32,000 nt of DNA. It comes from Opitutales bacterium. Lineage in GTDB: Bacteria > Verrucomicrobiota > Verrucomicrobiia > Opitutales > UBA9783. The position numbers and the translations under genes were made by a program. Under the pieces are notes generated by a model. It saw only the letters and a program-made list of their open reading frames with translations. It was not told the origin of the DNA and made no database searches. This document shows, piece by piece, positions 8,201 through 16,852 of this stretch. Within the stretch, counting starts at the first letter, position 1; the number at the start of each line of letters is the position of its first letter. The stretch is from positions 28,768-60,767 of the forward strand of contig JBKSMP010000007.1 of NCBI GenBank assembly GCA_046881885.1, written 5' to 3'.

Positions 8201-9499
8201 ATGGAAGAAGTAAGCTTATTTGAAGAGCAGATTCAACGCCACGTTCCCTTACCGGAACGGATGCGTCCGCAAACGCTTGAAGCCATGGTCGGACAAGCAC
8301 ATTTGCTCTCTCAAACAAGCGCTTTTCAAAATTGGCTGAAAAACAATGGTCGTGGTAATGTCCTTCTTTATGGACCTCCAGGTTGCGGAAAAACAACGCT
8401 TGCACAATTGATTGCCAAACATTTACAAAAAGAACTTATTCCCCTAAATGCCGTTTTAGCAAACTTAAATGAGCTACGAGAAAAATTAAAATTGGCAGAA
8501 CGAAATAGCGAAAAAACGATTCTATTTATTGATGAAATTCATCGCTTCAACCGTTCCCAACAAGACGTATTGCTTCCTTATTGCGAAACAGGGCGCGTAC
8601 AGCTTATTGGGGCCACCACACACAATCCTGCCTTTTATATTATTCCGCCGTTATTGAGTCGCAGTTACGTCTTTGAGCTAAAAAAAGTAGAACCTAGTGA
8701 TATTGTTTCTATTTTAAAAACCACTCTAGAAAACAAACAACACGGTCTTGGCAATCTAAAACTAAATGTTCCCGAAGTCGTTTTGGGCGAAATTGCACGT
8801 ATTGCCAATGGTGATCTACGACGCGCCTTACACTTACTTGAGTTTTTGTGCACAAGCGTTCCGATTGGAAGCACACTAGAACTTGAACATATTAAAACGG
8901 AATTAAGTCGATGGCATGCCAGTTATAATGCTCGTGAAAATGACCATTATGATCTTATTTCAGCCTTCATCAAAAGTATGCGCGGTTGCGATCCAGATGC
9001 TGCAGTTTATTGGCTTGCACGCATGATTGAAGGTGGCGAAGATCCACTGTTTATTGCACGCAGATTGGTCATTTTTGCTTCTGAAGATGTTGGTTTAGCC
9101 GATTCACGCGGCCTCAATTTAGCCCTTGCTGCTTATAATGCTTGTGAAAAAATTGGCCTACCCGAATGCGCCATTAATTTATCACACGCAACCGTTTTTC
9201 TAGCTTTAGCGCCTAAAAGTAACAGTGCTTACCTTGCCTGGAATGCAGCACGCGATTTTGTAAAATCAGGCCATTTACAAAGCGTTCCAAACGCATTACA
9301 GCAAACACCGTTGCATCGTGAACAAACATACAAATATAGTCACGATTACGAAGCCAATATTTCAGGACAAAGTTATTGGGACGAAGCTTGCCAATTTTAT
9401 CATCCCAAAGCAATTGGTGCCGAAAAAGCCCTAACCGACCTCTATAATTATCGCCAACAATTAAAAACTCGATTGCATGAAAAAAACAACCCTCGCTAA
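8201..9499 (+). CDS. rarA: Replication-associated recombination protein A (RarA/MgsA AAA+ ATPase)
   Basis: 432 aa. Motifs: LAERMRP.TL...VGQ.HLL, Walker A GPPGCGKTT, Walker B ILFIDEIHRFN..QQD.LLP, C-terminal MgsA domain AVYWLARMIEGGEDP.FIARRL.IFASEDVG. Confidence 0.92.
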   Translation: MEEVSLFEEQIQRHVPLPERMRPQTLEAMVGQAHLLSQTSAFQNWLKNNGRGNVLLYGPPGCGKTTLAQLIAKHLQKELIPLNAVLANLNELREKLKLAERNSEKTILFIDEIHRFNRSQQDVLLPYCETGRVQLIGATTHNPAFYIIPPLLSRSYVFELKKVEPSDIVSILKTTLENKQHGLGNLKLNVPEVVLGEIARIANGDLRRALHLLEFLCTSVPIGSTLELEHIKTELSRWHASYNARENDHYDLISAFIKSMRGCDPDAAVYWLARMIEGGEDPLFIARRLVIFASEDVGLADSRGLNLALAAYNACEKIGLPECAINLSHATVFLALAPKSNSAYLAWNAARDFVKSGHLQSVPNALQQTPLHREQTYKYSHDYEANISGQSYWDEACQFYHPKAIGAEKALTDLYNYRQQLKTRLHEKNNPR

Positions 9500-10325
9500 T
9501 TTTTTTGCTCCCGAAGAAACCAGTACAGAATTTTGTATTTTTAATCAATTGGAGTCGACACACACTTTTACACTCAAACAAACCTGGTTTAATCGCATGC
9601 GCCCAAACCATTTAATTGTTGTTTTTGCAGAAAAACAAACGAAAGGCATAGGGACCCACCAGAGAACTTGGCAATCCTCCCATTTAACCGATTTTCATAT
9701 CAATCTTGTCTTTTTAACCGATCAAATTCTACCTTTTTCTCTACTCACTGCAATTAGCACCTGTCGTTTTTTACATGAAATTTCTCAATGTAAAAAAGAC
9801 TTCAAGATTCGATGGCCCAATGACGTTTTATTTGAAAATAAAAAAATGAGCGGCAATATGACTTTGGTCCGCAATTGGAATGACTTATATTGGGCAACCG
9901 TAGGTGTTGGTATCAACTTCAATCTAACGGCCCAAAAAGGCAAATCCATAGACCAACCCATTACTTCCGTAAAGCAAGTTCTTAATAAAGAAAAACCGTA
10001 TTCTACATCTGAAATTTTTGAAAACGTTCAATTATTTTCAGATTTTTTCATAGAAACACTCTATTGGTTTAGACGTATAGGTGCCAAACAATATCTTAAA
10101 GGCAATGAACATTTTTGGCTTTATTTAAAACACAATGTGACGATTTACGATGAAGATCGCAAAGAAACACTCGAAGGCACCTTTGAATCTATATCAGATA
10201 ACGGAAGCCTGATACTAACCCCCTTAAAAACAAAAGATAGCTTAACTGTCATTAATGGCACACAGCTAAAACTCTCGCCCAATCAACCAGAAAATTACGA
10301 AATTCCCTTAGAAAACTTTACTTAA
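9477..10325 (+). CDS. birA: Biotin--[acetyl-CoA-carboxylase] ligase-like protein (BPL family, no HTH domain, divergent biotin loop)
   Basis: 282 aa with RWPNDVL..NKKMSGNM and VGVGINFN motifs typical of BirA. The GRGRxGRxW loop is replaced by GIGTHQRTW. The ATG at 9477 overlaps the rarA 3' end by 23 nt. Confidence 0.65.
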   Translation: MKKTTLANFFAPEETSTEFCIFNQLESTHTFTLKQTWFNRMRPNHLIVVFAEKQTKGIGTHQRTWQSSHLTDFHINLVFLTDQILPFSLLTAISTCRFLHEISQCKKDFKIRWPNDVLFENKKMSGNMTLVRNWNDLYWATVGVGINFNLTAQKGKSIDQPITSVKQVLNKEKPYSTSEIFENVQLFSDFFIETLYWFRRIGAKQYLKGNEHFWLYLKHNVTIYDEDRKETLEGTFESISDNGSLILTPLKTKDSLTVINGTQLKLSPNQPENYEIPLENFT

Positions 10326-10398
10326 TTTTTAACTATGGAAAACCATTTCATAAATTTTTGATAAAATTTTTCTAAAAACGACCGCTTTATAGGCTATT

Positions 10399-11403
10399 AT
10401 GAAAATAAAAACCATTTATTATCTTCTTATTTTCTATTATTCTTTAAGTTTAAGTGCCATAAAAATTCAACCCATCGGTGAATTTGAAGAACCGATTAAG
10501 GTTTATTCTTTAGCCCAACTTAAAGCACTTGCCAATTTTAATGAAAATAAAGTCAAAAAAATTACAACCAATCCTTTTCCGATAAAAACAACAAAAGATG
10601 TATCAAATTTTTCACAGTTATGTCCTAATTGGAGTGTCTGGACTGTTTTTTCCGATGAAGAGTTTTATGAAGGAAACTGTGGTTGGCTACATTATACCCC
10701 CTTCATAAAAAAAATTAACTTTGAAATTCCAATTATCGTATGGCAACCTTTAGAAAAAACGCAAAAACCTTATTTAACGTTTAATATTCCTATCTTTGAA
10801 GGCTTACAATTCGATGATAGAGCCGCAATAGATATTCCTAAAGACATAAAGGTTCATACCAAACAACTAGCCTTTTTAAATGAAAACAATCTTTTTTACT
10901 TCCTAAAGCAAGGACACTCTTGTGATAGTCTTTTGTTGCTCGCTTCTGATTGGATAAATACCCTTATAAATCGAAATCGCCAACTACACTTACCTCAAAA
11001 CCTATCTAAAACAACACAAAGCCTTCAAATACCACTGTTAACTTTAGGCAATGGATGCTTCCAAAATCACCCAACTTTACAAAAAGTAATCTTAGAAGGG
11101 GTTAAATACCTACAAGACGACAATTTTTCAAATTGCTTCAATCTTACTGAGGTAATAGCCGATGACCTTGAAGAAATCGGAGCTAATTGCTTTTGTAATT
11201 GTCCTAATCTGAAAAAATTACACCTAAAAAACCTTCGTATAATAGGTGATTTTTGCTTTACAAGCTTTTGCTCTCAACCAAACTCTAATGGTCTTCTCGA
11301 AATAACAGTTGGTAACGAAGAAGGATTTATCGCCCTAAACCAATTATTGGAAACTACTTTAGATAATTTACAAAGACCCGTCGCCGTCTATCTAGAGAAT
11401 TGA
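10399..11403 (+). CDS. Secreted leucine-rich repeat protein (BspA/LRR_5 type)
   Basis: 334 aa with the signal-like N-terminus MKIKTIYYLLIFYYSLSLSA. The C-terminal part shows ~23-aa repeats with the pattern G..CF..C..L..v.l..l..Ig..CF (e.g. GNGCFQNHPTLQKVIL, IGANCFCNCPNLKKLHL, IGDFCFTSF). Confidence 0.72.
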   Translation: MKIKTIYYLLIFYYSLSLSAIKIQPIGEFEEPIKVYSLAQLKALANFNENKVKKITTNPFPIKTTKDVSNFSQLCPNWSVWTVFSDEEFYEGNCGWLHYTPFIKKINFEIPIIVWQPLEKTQKPYLTFNIPIFEGLQFDDRAAIDIPKDIKVHTKQLAFLNENNLFYFLKQGHSCDSLLLLASDWINTLINRNRQLHLPQNLSKTTQSLQIPLLTLGNGCFQNHPTLQKVILEGVKYLQDDNFSNCFNLTEVIADDLEEIGANCFCNCPNLKKLHLKNLRIIGDFCFTSFCSQPNSNGLLEITVGNEEGFIALNQLLETTLDNLQRPVAVYLEN

Positions 11404-11482
11404 AGAAAAGTTAAAAACAAATCGTAATTCAAAAAGATATGATTGTCCTCAAAACTTATTCATTAGTTTTAACAGAAACCCA

Positions 11483-11511
11483 TTGACAAAATCGTTTGAG
11501 TAAAGTACACT
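11483..11511 (+). promoter_or_regulatory. Candidate sigma70-type promoter (TTGACA-17 nt-TACACT) of the MoxR/Bat operon
   Basis: Consensus -35 TTGACA at 11483-11488, a 17-nt spacer, and TACACT at 11506-11511. There are 12 nt to the ATG at 11524 and no Shine-Dalgarno. Confidence 0.4.
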
Positions 11512-11523
11512 ATATATTAACTT

Positions 11524-12528
11524 ATGGAGTTCTCGAATACACAAGTATCTTTGGCAGAATTAAATGAGCAAATTCAAGCAAAAACGGCTTGGATTGAGCT
11601 TTTAAAAGCAGAAATTAACAAAGCCATCGTTGGCAATAAGCATGTTGTCGATGGTCTACTCGTAGGCTTACTGGCAAATGGGCATGTCCTTTTGGAAGGT
11701 CTGCCAGGATTAGCTAAAACACTGGTTATTAAAACCCTTGCCCAAGTTTTTCAACTTAAATTCCAACGTATTCAATTTACGCCAGATTTGTTGCCATCTG
11801 ACATCATTGGAACGCTTATTTACAATCCTTCAGCAGGTTCATTTGTAACGAAAAAAGGGCCCATTTTTACTAATATTTTGCTAGCAGACGAAATCAATCG
11901 TGCTCCTTCAAAAGTTCAAAGTGCTTTATTGGAAGGTATGCAGGAACGACAAGTTACGATTGGCGAAACAACGTATCAGCTTGAAAATCCATTTTTGGTT
12001 CTAGCAACTCAAAATCCCGTCGAACAAGAAGGTACCTACACCTTACCAGAAGCCCAGGTAGATCGTTTTATGTTAAAATTAAACGTTTCGTACCCCTCGT
12101 GGGAAGAAGAACGCGCGATTTTGGATGCAAAAGCTTCGTTGAAACCCACCGAAGAACCGCAGAGCATTTTATCTGAAAAAGAAATTTTTGAAAGCCGTCA
12201 ATGGATTGACCAAATTTACATTGATGATAAAATTCGCGATTACATTGTACATCTTGTGTATGCAACACGAACGCCGGAAAAATATCACCTAAATATTAAA
12301 AATTTGTTACGGTTTGGCGCTTCTCCACGCGCAACAATTGCGTTAACAATTGCCTCAAAAACCTGGGCATTTTTAAAGCATCGTGGTTATGTCATCCCAC
12401 AAGATGTTAAAACGATGGCGCCCTTGGTCTTAAGACACCGCATTGGCCTGTCTTACGAGGCAGAAGCTGAAGACATTTCGCAAGATCACATCATTGAAAA
12501 AATTCTCGAAACCATTCCTGTCCCCTGA
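11524..12528 (+). CDS. MoxR-family AAA+ ATPase
   Basis: 334 aa. Motifs: Walker A LEGLPGLAKT, RIQFTPDLLPSD..G, Walker B LLADEINRAP.K.QSALLE.M.E..VT, LATQNP.EQEGTY.LPEAQ.DRF. Confidence 0.92.
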   Translation: MEFSNTQVSLAELNEQIQAKTAWIELLKAEINKAIVGNKHVVDGLLVGLLANGHVLLEGLPGLAKTLVIKTLAQVFQLKFQRIQFTPDLLPSDIIGTLIYNPSAGSFVTKKGPIFTNILLADEINRAPSKVQSALLEGMQERQVTIGETTYQLENPFLVLATQNPVEQEGTYTLPEAQVDRFMLKLNVSYPSWEEERAILDAKASLKPTEEPQSILSEKEIFESRQWIDQIYIDDKIRDYIVHLVYATRTPEKYHLNIKNLLRFGASPRATIALTIASKTWAFLKHRGYVIPQDVKTMAPLVLRHRIGLSYEAEAEDISQDHIIEKILETIPVP

Positions 12529-13433
12529 TGTTGTCCGAAGATAAAGCACGTACCATTCTTCAAAAAGTGCGTACAATTGAATTAAGAACACGCGTCTTAA
12601 TGAATGATGCGCTTAGTGGTGCTTATCACAGTATCTTTAAGGGACAAGGTATCAATTTTGAAGAAGTTCGGGAATACACCCCTGGTGATGAAGTTCGTTT
12701 TATAGACTGGAATGTATCTGCAAAACTTGGTAAACCCTTTGTCAAAGTGTTTCGCGAAGAGCGTGAACTAACCTTACTATTGGCCATTGACATTAGCGGA
12801 TCTACACATTGTGGCTCTGTTGGCCAATCTAAGCGAGAATTTGCAACCGAAATCGCAAGTGTATTTGCTTTTTCTGCATTAAAAAACAACGATAAAGTAG
12901 GATTGTTCTTATTTTCTGACAAGGTAGAGAAATTTATTCCACCGCTCAAAGGGAGCAAGCAGCTATTGCGTTTAATTCGAGAAACCTTATTTTTCCAACC
13001 TGAACATAAACAAACAGATTTATGTGCTGCTTTAACAGCGCTAGGGCAGCTTCAAAAGAAAAAAGCGATTATTTGTCTTATCTCAGATTTTATGCCGACA
13101 ACTAAAAGCGATTTTTCTCAGGAACTTTCGGCATTAAGTCGCCTAAATCAGCATCATGATTTATTGTGCATTCAAGTCAACGATCCACGTGAACAGGAAA
13201 TCCCTAATGTAGGTTATGTGGCTCTTGAAGACGCAGAAACAGGCCAAACATTCTACTTAGATACACGCAATAAAAGCTTTCGAGAACAATTTGCCGCACA
13301 TCAAAAGTCTCAGCAAAAACTCATACAAACCTTATGTCAGCGAAAAGGTATTGATTTTTTACAGCTCACAAACGGGCAAAATTATTTAAACACTTTACAA
13401 GCGTTTTTTAAGCGACGTCAACAACTCAAATGA
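12528..13433 (+). CDS. DUF58 family protein (VWA-like partner of MoxR)
   Basis: 301 aa. Motifs: G...S..KG.G..F.EVREY.PGD..R.IDWN.SAK and LLLAIDISGS. The start overlaps the MoxR stop by 1 nt (TGATG). Confidence 0.85.
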   Translation: MLSEDKARTILQKVRTIELRTRVLMNDALSGAYHSIFKGQGINFEEVREYTPGDEVRFIDWNVSAKLGKPFVKVFREERELTLLLAIDISGSTHCGSVGQSKREFATEIASVFAFSALKNNDKVGLFLFSDKVEKFIPPLKGSKQLLRLIRETLFFQPEHKQTDLCAALTALGQLQKKKAIICLISDFMPTTKSDFSQELSALSRLNQHHDLLCIQVNDPREQEIPNVGYVALEDAETGQTFYLDTRNKSFREQFAAHQKSQQKLIQTLCQRKGIDFLQLTNGQNYLNTLQAFFKRRQQLK

Positions 13434-14158
13434 TAGGATTTAAACGACTTTTTATTTGTATGGTTTTGTTGGCTTCTTGGATTCAAGGAGAACAAGAAAA
13501 CTCTTCTTTAAAAGCCCCAGAAAATAAACCTGCCGCCCTAGTAAGCACTACAGATTCACTTGATCAACAAGACCAAGGAATGCTTGAAGAAGGGGAGGTT
13601 GATGACGAAGAGAAAGAAGAATTATTTGACATTCGACCTGAGGTTGCATTACCACATCATGCCTTATTTTATTGTGTATCCATTCTTTTAGGACTTTTAA
13701 TTATCTTCCTTATAGGTAGTTTCATCCGCAAATGGCGCAACAAACAAATGGCCCCAACGGTTGTTCCGCTTAGTCCTTTCACAAAAGCGTTACAAGGCTT
13801 AGACGCCGCTCTTGAACGTATTCATCAAAAAGATCAAAAGCCTTTTGCTTTCGGTCTTACAGATAGTGTACGGCAATATTTAGCGGATGTTTTCAACCTA
13901 CCAGCACCGGAAAGCACGACCGAAGAAGTTTTAGAAAAACTTAAGGAAGTAAATGAACTAAACGAAGACCTTAAGAACTCCATCAATCAATTATTAAAAT
14001 CGTGCGATTTGGCAAAATTTACGAAACAAGAATTTAATTATGAAATGAGGCTAAAATTGTACCATCAGGCAAAAGAAATCGTTCAAGAGGCCGATAAATG
14101 CTTGCAACAAAAATTTGCCATGAATCTTTCAAACGAGGAAACACATGCAAACGTTTGA
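13430..14158 (+). CDS. Membrane protein, DUF4381-like (Bat-operon associated)
   Basis: 242 aa with a signal-like N-terminus, an acidic segment and one TM helix (LFYCVSILLGLLIIFLIGSF). Then a pattern of the form L..L.......F...L...R.YL...F...A...T..E.L, ending with CDLAKF. It has an ATGA overlap with the DUF58 gene. Confidence 0.6.
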   Translation: MIGFKRLFICMVLLASWIQGEQENSSLKAPENKPAALVSTTDSLDQQDQGMLEEGEVDDEEKEELFDIRPEVALPHHALFYCVSILLGLLIIFLIGSFIRKWRNKQMAPTVVPLSPFTKALQGLDAALERIHQKDQKPFAFGLTDSVRQYLADVFNLPAPESTTEEVLEKLKEVNELNEDLKNSINQLLKSCDLAKFTKQEFNYEMRLKLYHQAKEIVQEADKCLQQKFAMNLSNEETHANV

Positions 14159-15089
14159 ATTCAGCCATCCTTGGGTTCTTTTAAGCCTCCTTATTCTGCC
14201 TATCGGCTTATGGATAGCGACAAAGCTTTGGTCACCTTGTCGTTCCATTCACTATTCTGCACTTCATTTATTGCAAAGCAAAACACATAATCCGCATTTT
14301 ATTCCATTTGTCTTTCGTTTTTTGGGACTTTCTTGTTTAATTTTAGCCTTAGCCCGTCCTCGAGGAGTAATTGAACATAAGCATTCTCAAAGCAATGGGA
14401 TTGATATGATCTTAGCCTTGGACTTGTCAAGCTCTATGCAAATTCCTGATTTTGCAGTTAATCAGATGCAGCGTGTTAGTCGTATTCATGCGGCTAAAGC
14501 CGTTTTAAGTGAATTTATTCAACAACGTGAACAGGACCGTATTGGGTTGGTGGCTTTTGCGCGTTATCCTTACCTTGTAAGTCCTTTGACTTTAAATCAC
14601 GCATGGTTGTTGAAAAATCTAGATCGTTTGAATGCTGGCCTTATTGAAGATGGGACGGCGATCGGAAGCGCGATTACAATGAGTATCAACCGCCTTAAAG
14701 ACTTAAAAGCCAAAACGCGGCTTATCATTTTATTGACAGATGGCGTTAATAATTATGGTAATGTTGCACCGCTTTTAGCAGCCGATATTGCGAAAAGCTT
14801 TCAGACAAAAATTTATACCATTATGGTCGGTAATGACCAAGTTTTTCCGGTAGATGAGCAGACTTTGGTTCAAATGGCAGAAAAAACCGGTGGCCTTTTT
14901 TATAGAGCCTATGATGTTCATAGTTTAAAAGCCATTTATAAAGAAATCAATCAATTAGAAAAAAGTAAAATCGTTCTGGAGGGCTTTAAAACTTACAATG
15001 AATTTTTCCCTTGGTTTTTGTTGCTGGCACTTATATTTTTAAGTACAGAATATTTTCTAAAATTAACTCGGTACAAAGTATTATCATGA
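14145..15089 (+). CDS. batA: VWA-domain membrane protein BatA
   Basis: 314 aa with an N-terminal TM (F..PW.LL.L.ILP), the MIDAS motif ALDLSSSM, TAIG.AI and ILLTDG.NN. A C-terminal TM is present. AGGAA lies upstream of the ATG. Confidence 0.85.
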   Translation: MQTFEFSHPWVLLSLLILPIGLWIATKLWSPCRSIHYSALHLLQSKTHNPHFIPFVFRFLGLSCLILALARPRGVIEHKHSQSNGIDMILALDLSSSMQIPDFAVNQMQRVSRIHAAKAVLSEFIQQREQDRIGLVAFARYPYLVSPLTLNHAWLLKNLDRLNAGLIEDGTAIGSAITMSINRLKDLKAKTRLIILLTDGVNNYGNVAPLLAADIAKSFQTKIYTIMVGNDQVFPVDEQTLVQMAEKTGGLFYRAYDVHSLKAIYKEINQLEKSKIVLEGFKTYNEFFPWFLLLALIFLSTEYFLKLTRYKVLS

Positions 15090-16087
15090 CCTTTGCAAAT
15101 CCTAAAATCGGCATTCTTTTTCTGGTTTTATATCTATTGGCCTGCTTTTTATGCTGGAAAAGTAGAAAGACAGAAAAGGCTTTGTTGCAAACATGGGGAG
15201 TACTACCAAACATGCGACCAAAACGCTATGGGAAAGCTTGGCAATGGGTACGAAAATGTTTATTCCGTTTAGGTTTTATATGTTTAGGTTTGGCTTTAGC
15301 TCGACCTCAATGGGGTTTTATCACCGAAAAGCGCCAACAAGCGGGACTTAACGTCGTTTTTGCTATCGATACCTCAAAAAGTATGTTAGCCAATGATGTT
15401 CGTCCTAATCGCTTAGAACTTGCGAAAATGAGTATTGAAGAGCTTTTAAAGTCCTTAAAAGGGAATCAAGTTGGACTGATAGCCTTTGCGGGAAGTGCTT
15501 TTTTGCAGTGTCCTTCTACGGGTGATTACGGAGCTTTTAAGCTGGCTTTACAAAGCTTGGATACGGATATCATTCCTAAAGGTGGAACCAACTTGTCAGA
15601 AGCTATGGAATTAGCTGCTACAATCTTCGACGAAACCGCTCGTTATAAGCAAATTATTTTACTAACAGATGGAGAAAATTTGTCTGGAGATGCCCTTAAA
15701 TGTGCGCAAAAGATGGCTCAGTTGGGTATTACCATTCATACAGTTGGTATTGGGTCGGCAACGGGAGCCCCTATTGGTATCACAAATGATCGCGGGTTAA
15801 CGGAATACCTAAAAGACGAAACTGGAAAAACAGTTATTACACGTTTAGACGAAGCTACTTTGCAGCAAATTGCGCAAATTACTCGCGGATTTTATGTGCC
15901 TTTAGGAAATGCAGGCGAAGGTTTGAAGCAGATTTATAATACAGCTATCAAGCATTTACCTAATGAGAATTTTGAAAGCGTAGAAAAAGTACCGGTTGAA
16001 CGCTATACTTGGTTCGCAAGTTTAGCCTTGCTATGCTTTTTACTAGAAGCTATTCTGTATCCTATTAAAAGAAAGTCTGAAAAATGA
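15086..16087 (+). CDS. batB: VWA-domain membrane protein BatB
   Basis: The track ORF starts at 15011 with a non-ATG codon. The in-frame ATG at 15086 forms an ATGA overlap with the batA stop and gives MTFANPKIGILFLVL... MIDAS motif AIDTSKSM, GGTN and ILLTDGE are present, with a C-terminal TM. Confidence 0.83.
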   Translation: MTFANPKIGILFLVLYLLACFLCWKSRKTEKALLQTWGVLPNMRPKRYGKAWQWVRKCLFRLGFICLGLALARPQWGFITEKRQQAGLNVVFAIDTSKSMLANDVRPNRLELAKMSIEELLKSLKGNQVGLIAFAGSAFLQCPSTGDYGAFKLALQSLDTDIIPKGGTNLSEAMELAATIFDETARYKQIILLTDGENLSGDALKCAQKMAQLGITIHTVGIGSATGAPIGITNDRGLTEYLKDETGKTVITRLDEATLQQIAQITRGFYVPLGNAGEGLKQIYNTAIKHLPNENFESVEKVPVERYTWFASLALLCFLLEAILYPIKRKSEK

Positions 16088-16851
16088 ATATTTTCTTTGT
16101 TTTCTTAATCACTTTTTTTTCGCTATTTACGCTAAATGCTGCTGAATCTCAACAACAATTGGAACGTTACTGCAAAAAATATCCTCAAGAGTGGCAAGGA
16201 CATTATAATTTAGGCCGATATTATTACCAACAAGAAGATTTCTCTTCGGCCGAAAGTAGCTTTGCAAGGGCTCTAGAAAAGTGTCAAAAACCAGAATTAC
16301 AAGAAGCGATTTTCTATAATCTAGGCAATACCTACTTTCAACAAGCAGATGATGCAGAAAATAAAGAAGAAAAAATTCCTTTGCTTGAAAAAAGCATTCA
16401 GAATTACGAAAGTGCTTTGTCCTTAAATCCAGAAGCTGAAGATACTAAACATAACTTAGAACTTGCCAAAAAAGAATTAGAAAAATTGAAGAAAGAGCAA
16501 GAAAATCAACAGCAAGACCAGAACAAAAAAAATCAAGATAAGGATCAGCAAAACAAGCAAAACGATTCTCAAAACAAAGATAAAGAAAACGATAAAAAAG
16601 ATCAAGATCAGCAACAACAGCCGAATCAGCAGCAGAAAAACACACCCCAAAACCAAAATTCAGAACAAAAACAAACACCACCTTCAAAAGAAAATCAAGC
16701 TCAATCAGCTCCTCAGTCCAATGAGCAAAAAAACGAAAAAGAAATGCAAGCTATTTTGCAAAAAGCAAAAAATGATGAACGTGTTTTGCCGGTAAATTTC
16801 TCACAAGATCCAACTTCTTTTCCAGAAGAAAACGTATTGAAAGATTGGTAA
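16084..16851 (+). CDS. batC: TPR-repeat protein BatC with Q/N/K/D-rich low-complexity C-terminal half
   Basis: 255 aa with a signal-like N-terminus and TPR-like segments (YNLGRYYYQQEDFSSAESSFARAL, FYNLGNTYFQ, YESALSLNP). It has an ATGA overlap with batB. Confidence 0.75.
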   Translation: MNIFFVFLITFFSLFTLNAAESQQQLERYCKKYPQEWQGHYNLGRYYYQQEDFSSAESSFARALEKCQKPELQEAIFYNLGNTYFQQADDAENKEEKIPLLEKSIQNYESALSLNPEAEDTKHNLELAKKELEKLKKEQENQQQDQNKKNQDKDQQNKQNDSQNKDKENDKKDQDQQQQPNQQQKNTPQNQNSEQKQTPPSKENQAQSAPQSNEQKNEKEMQAILQKAKNDERVLPVNFSQDPTSFPEENVLKDW

Positions 16852-16852
16852 T

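Noticed and set aside
15011-15085. Track start positions at 15011 (batB), 18541 (batE), 1038 (rplA), 23345 (sufB), 29788 (Cys-rich ORF) and 29322 (MBL)
   Set aside because: The starts I checked (1038, 23345, 29322, 29788) are non-ATG codons that maximise ORF length. For 15011 and 18541 I did not check the codon, but the extensions lie inside the upstream genes. In each case an in-frame ATG downstream either forms an ATGA overlap with the upstream stop or has a Shine-Dalgarno, and I used that ATG. For the MBL gene the ATG at 29310 has neither and was chosen only because the upstream codon is TTG.
16480-16740. Q/N/K/D-rich stretch in BatC considered as a hypervariable repeat array
   Set aside because: It is compositional low complexity (caa/aaa/gat/aac-rich) without a discernible repeating nucleotide unit. 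It is antisense to another spurious track ORF (16445..16687).
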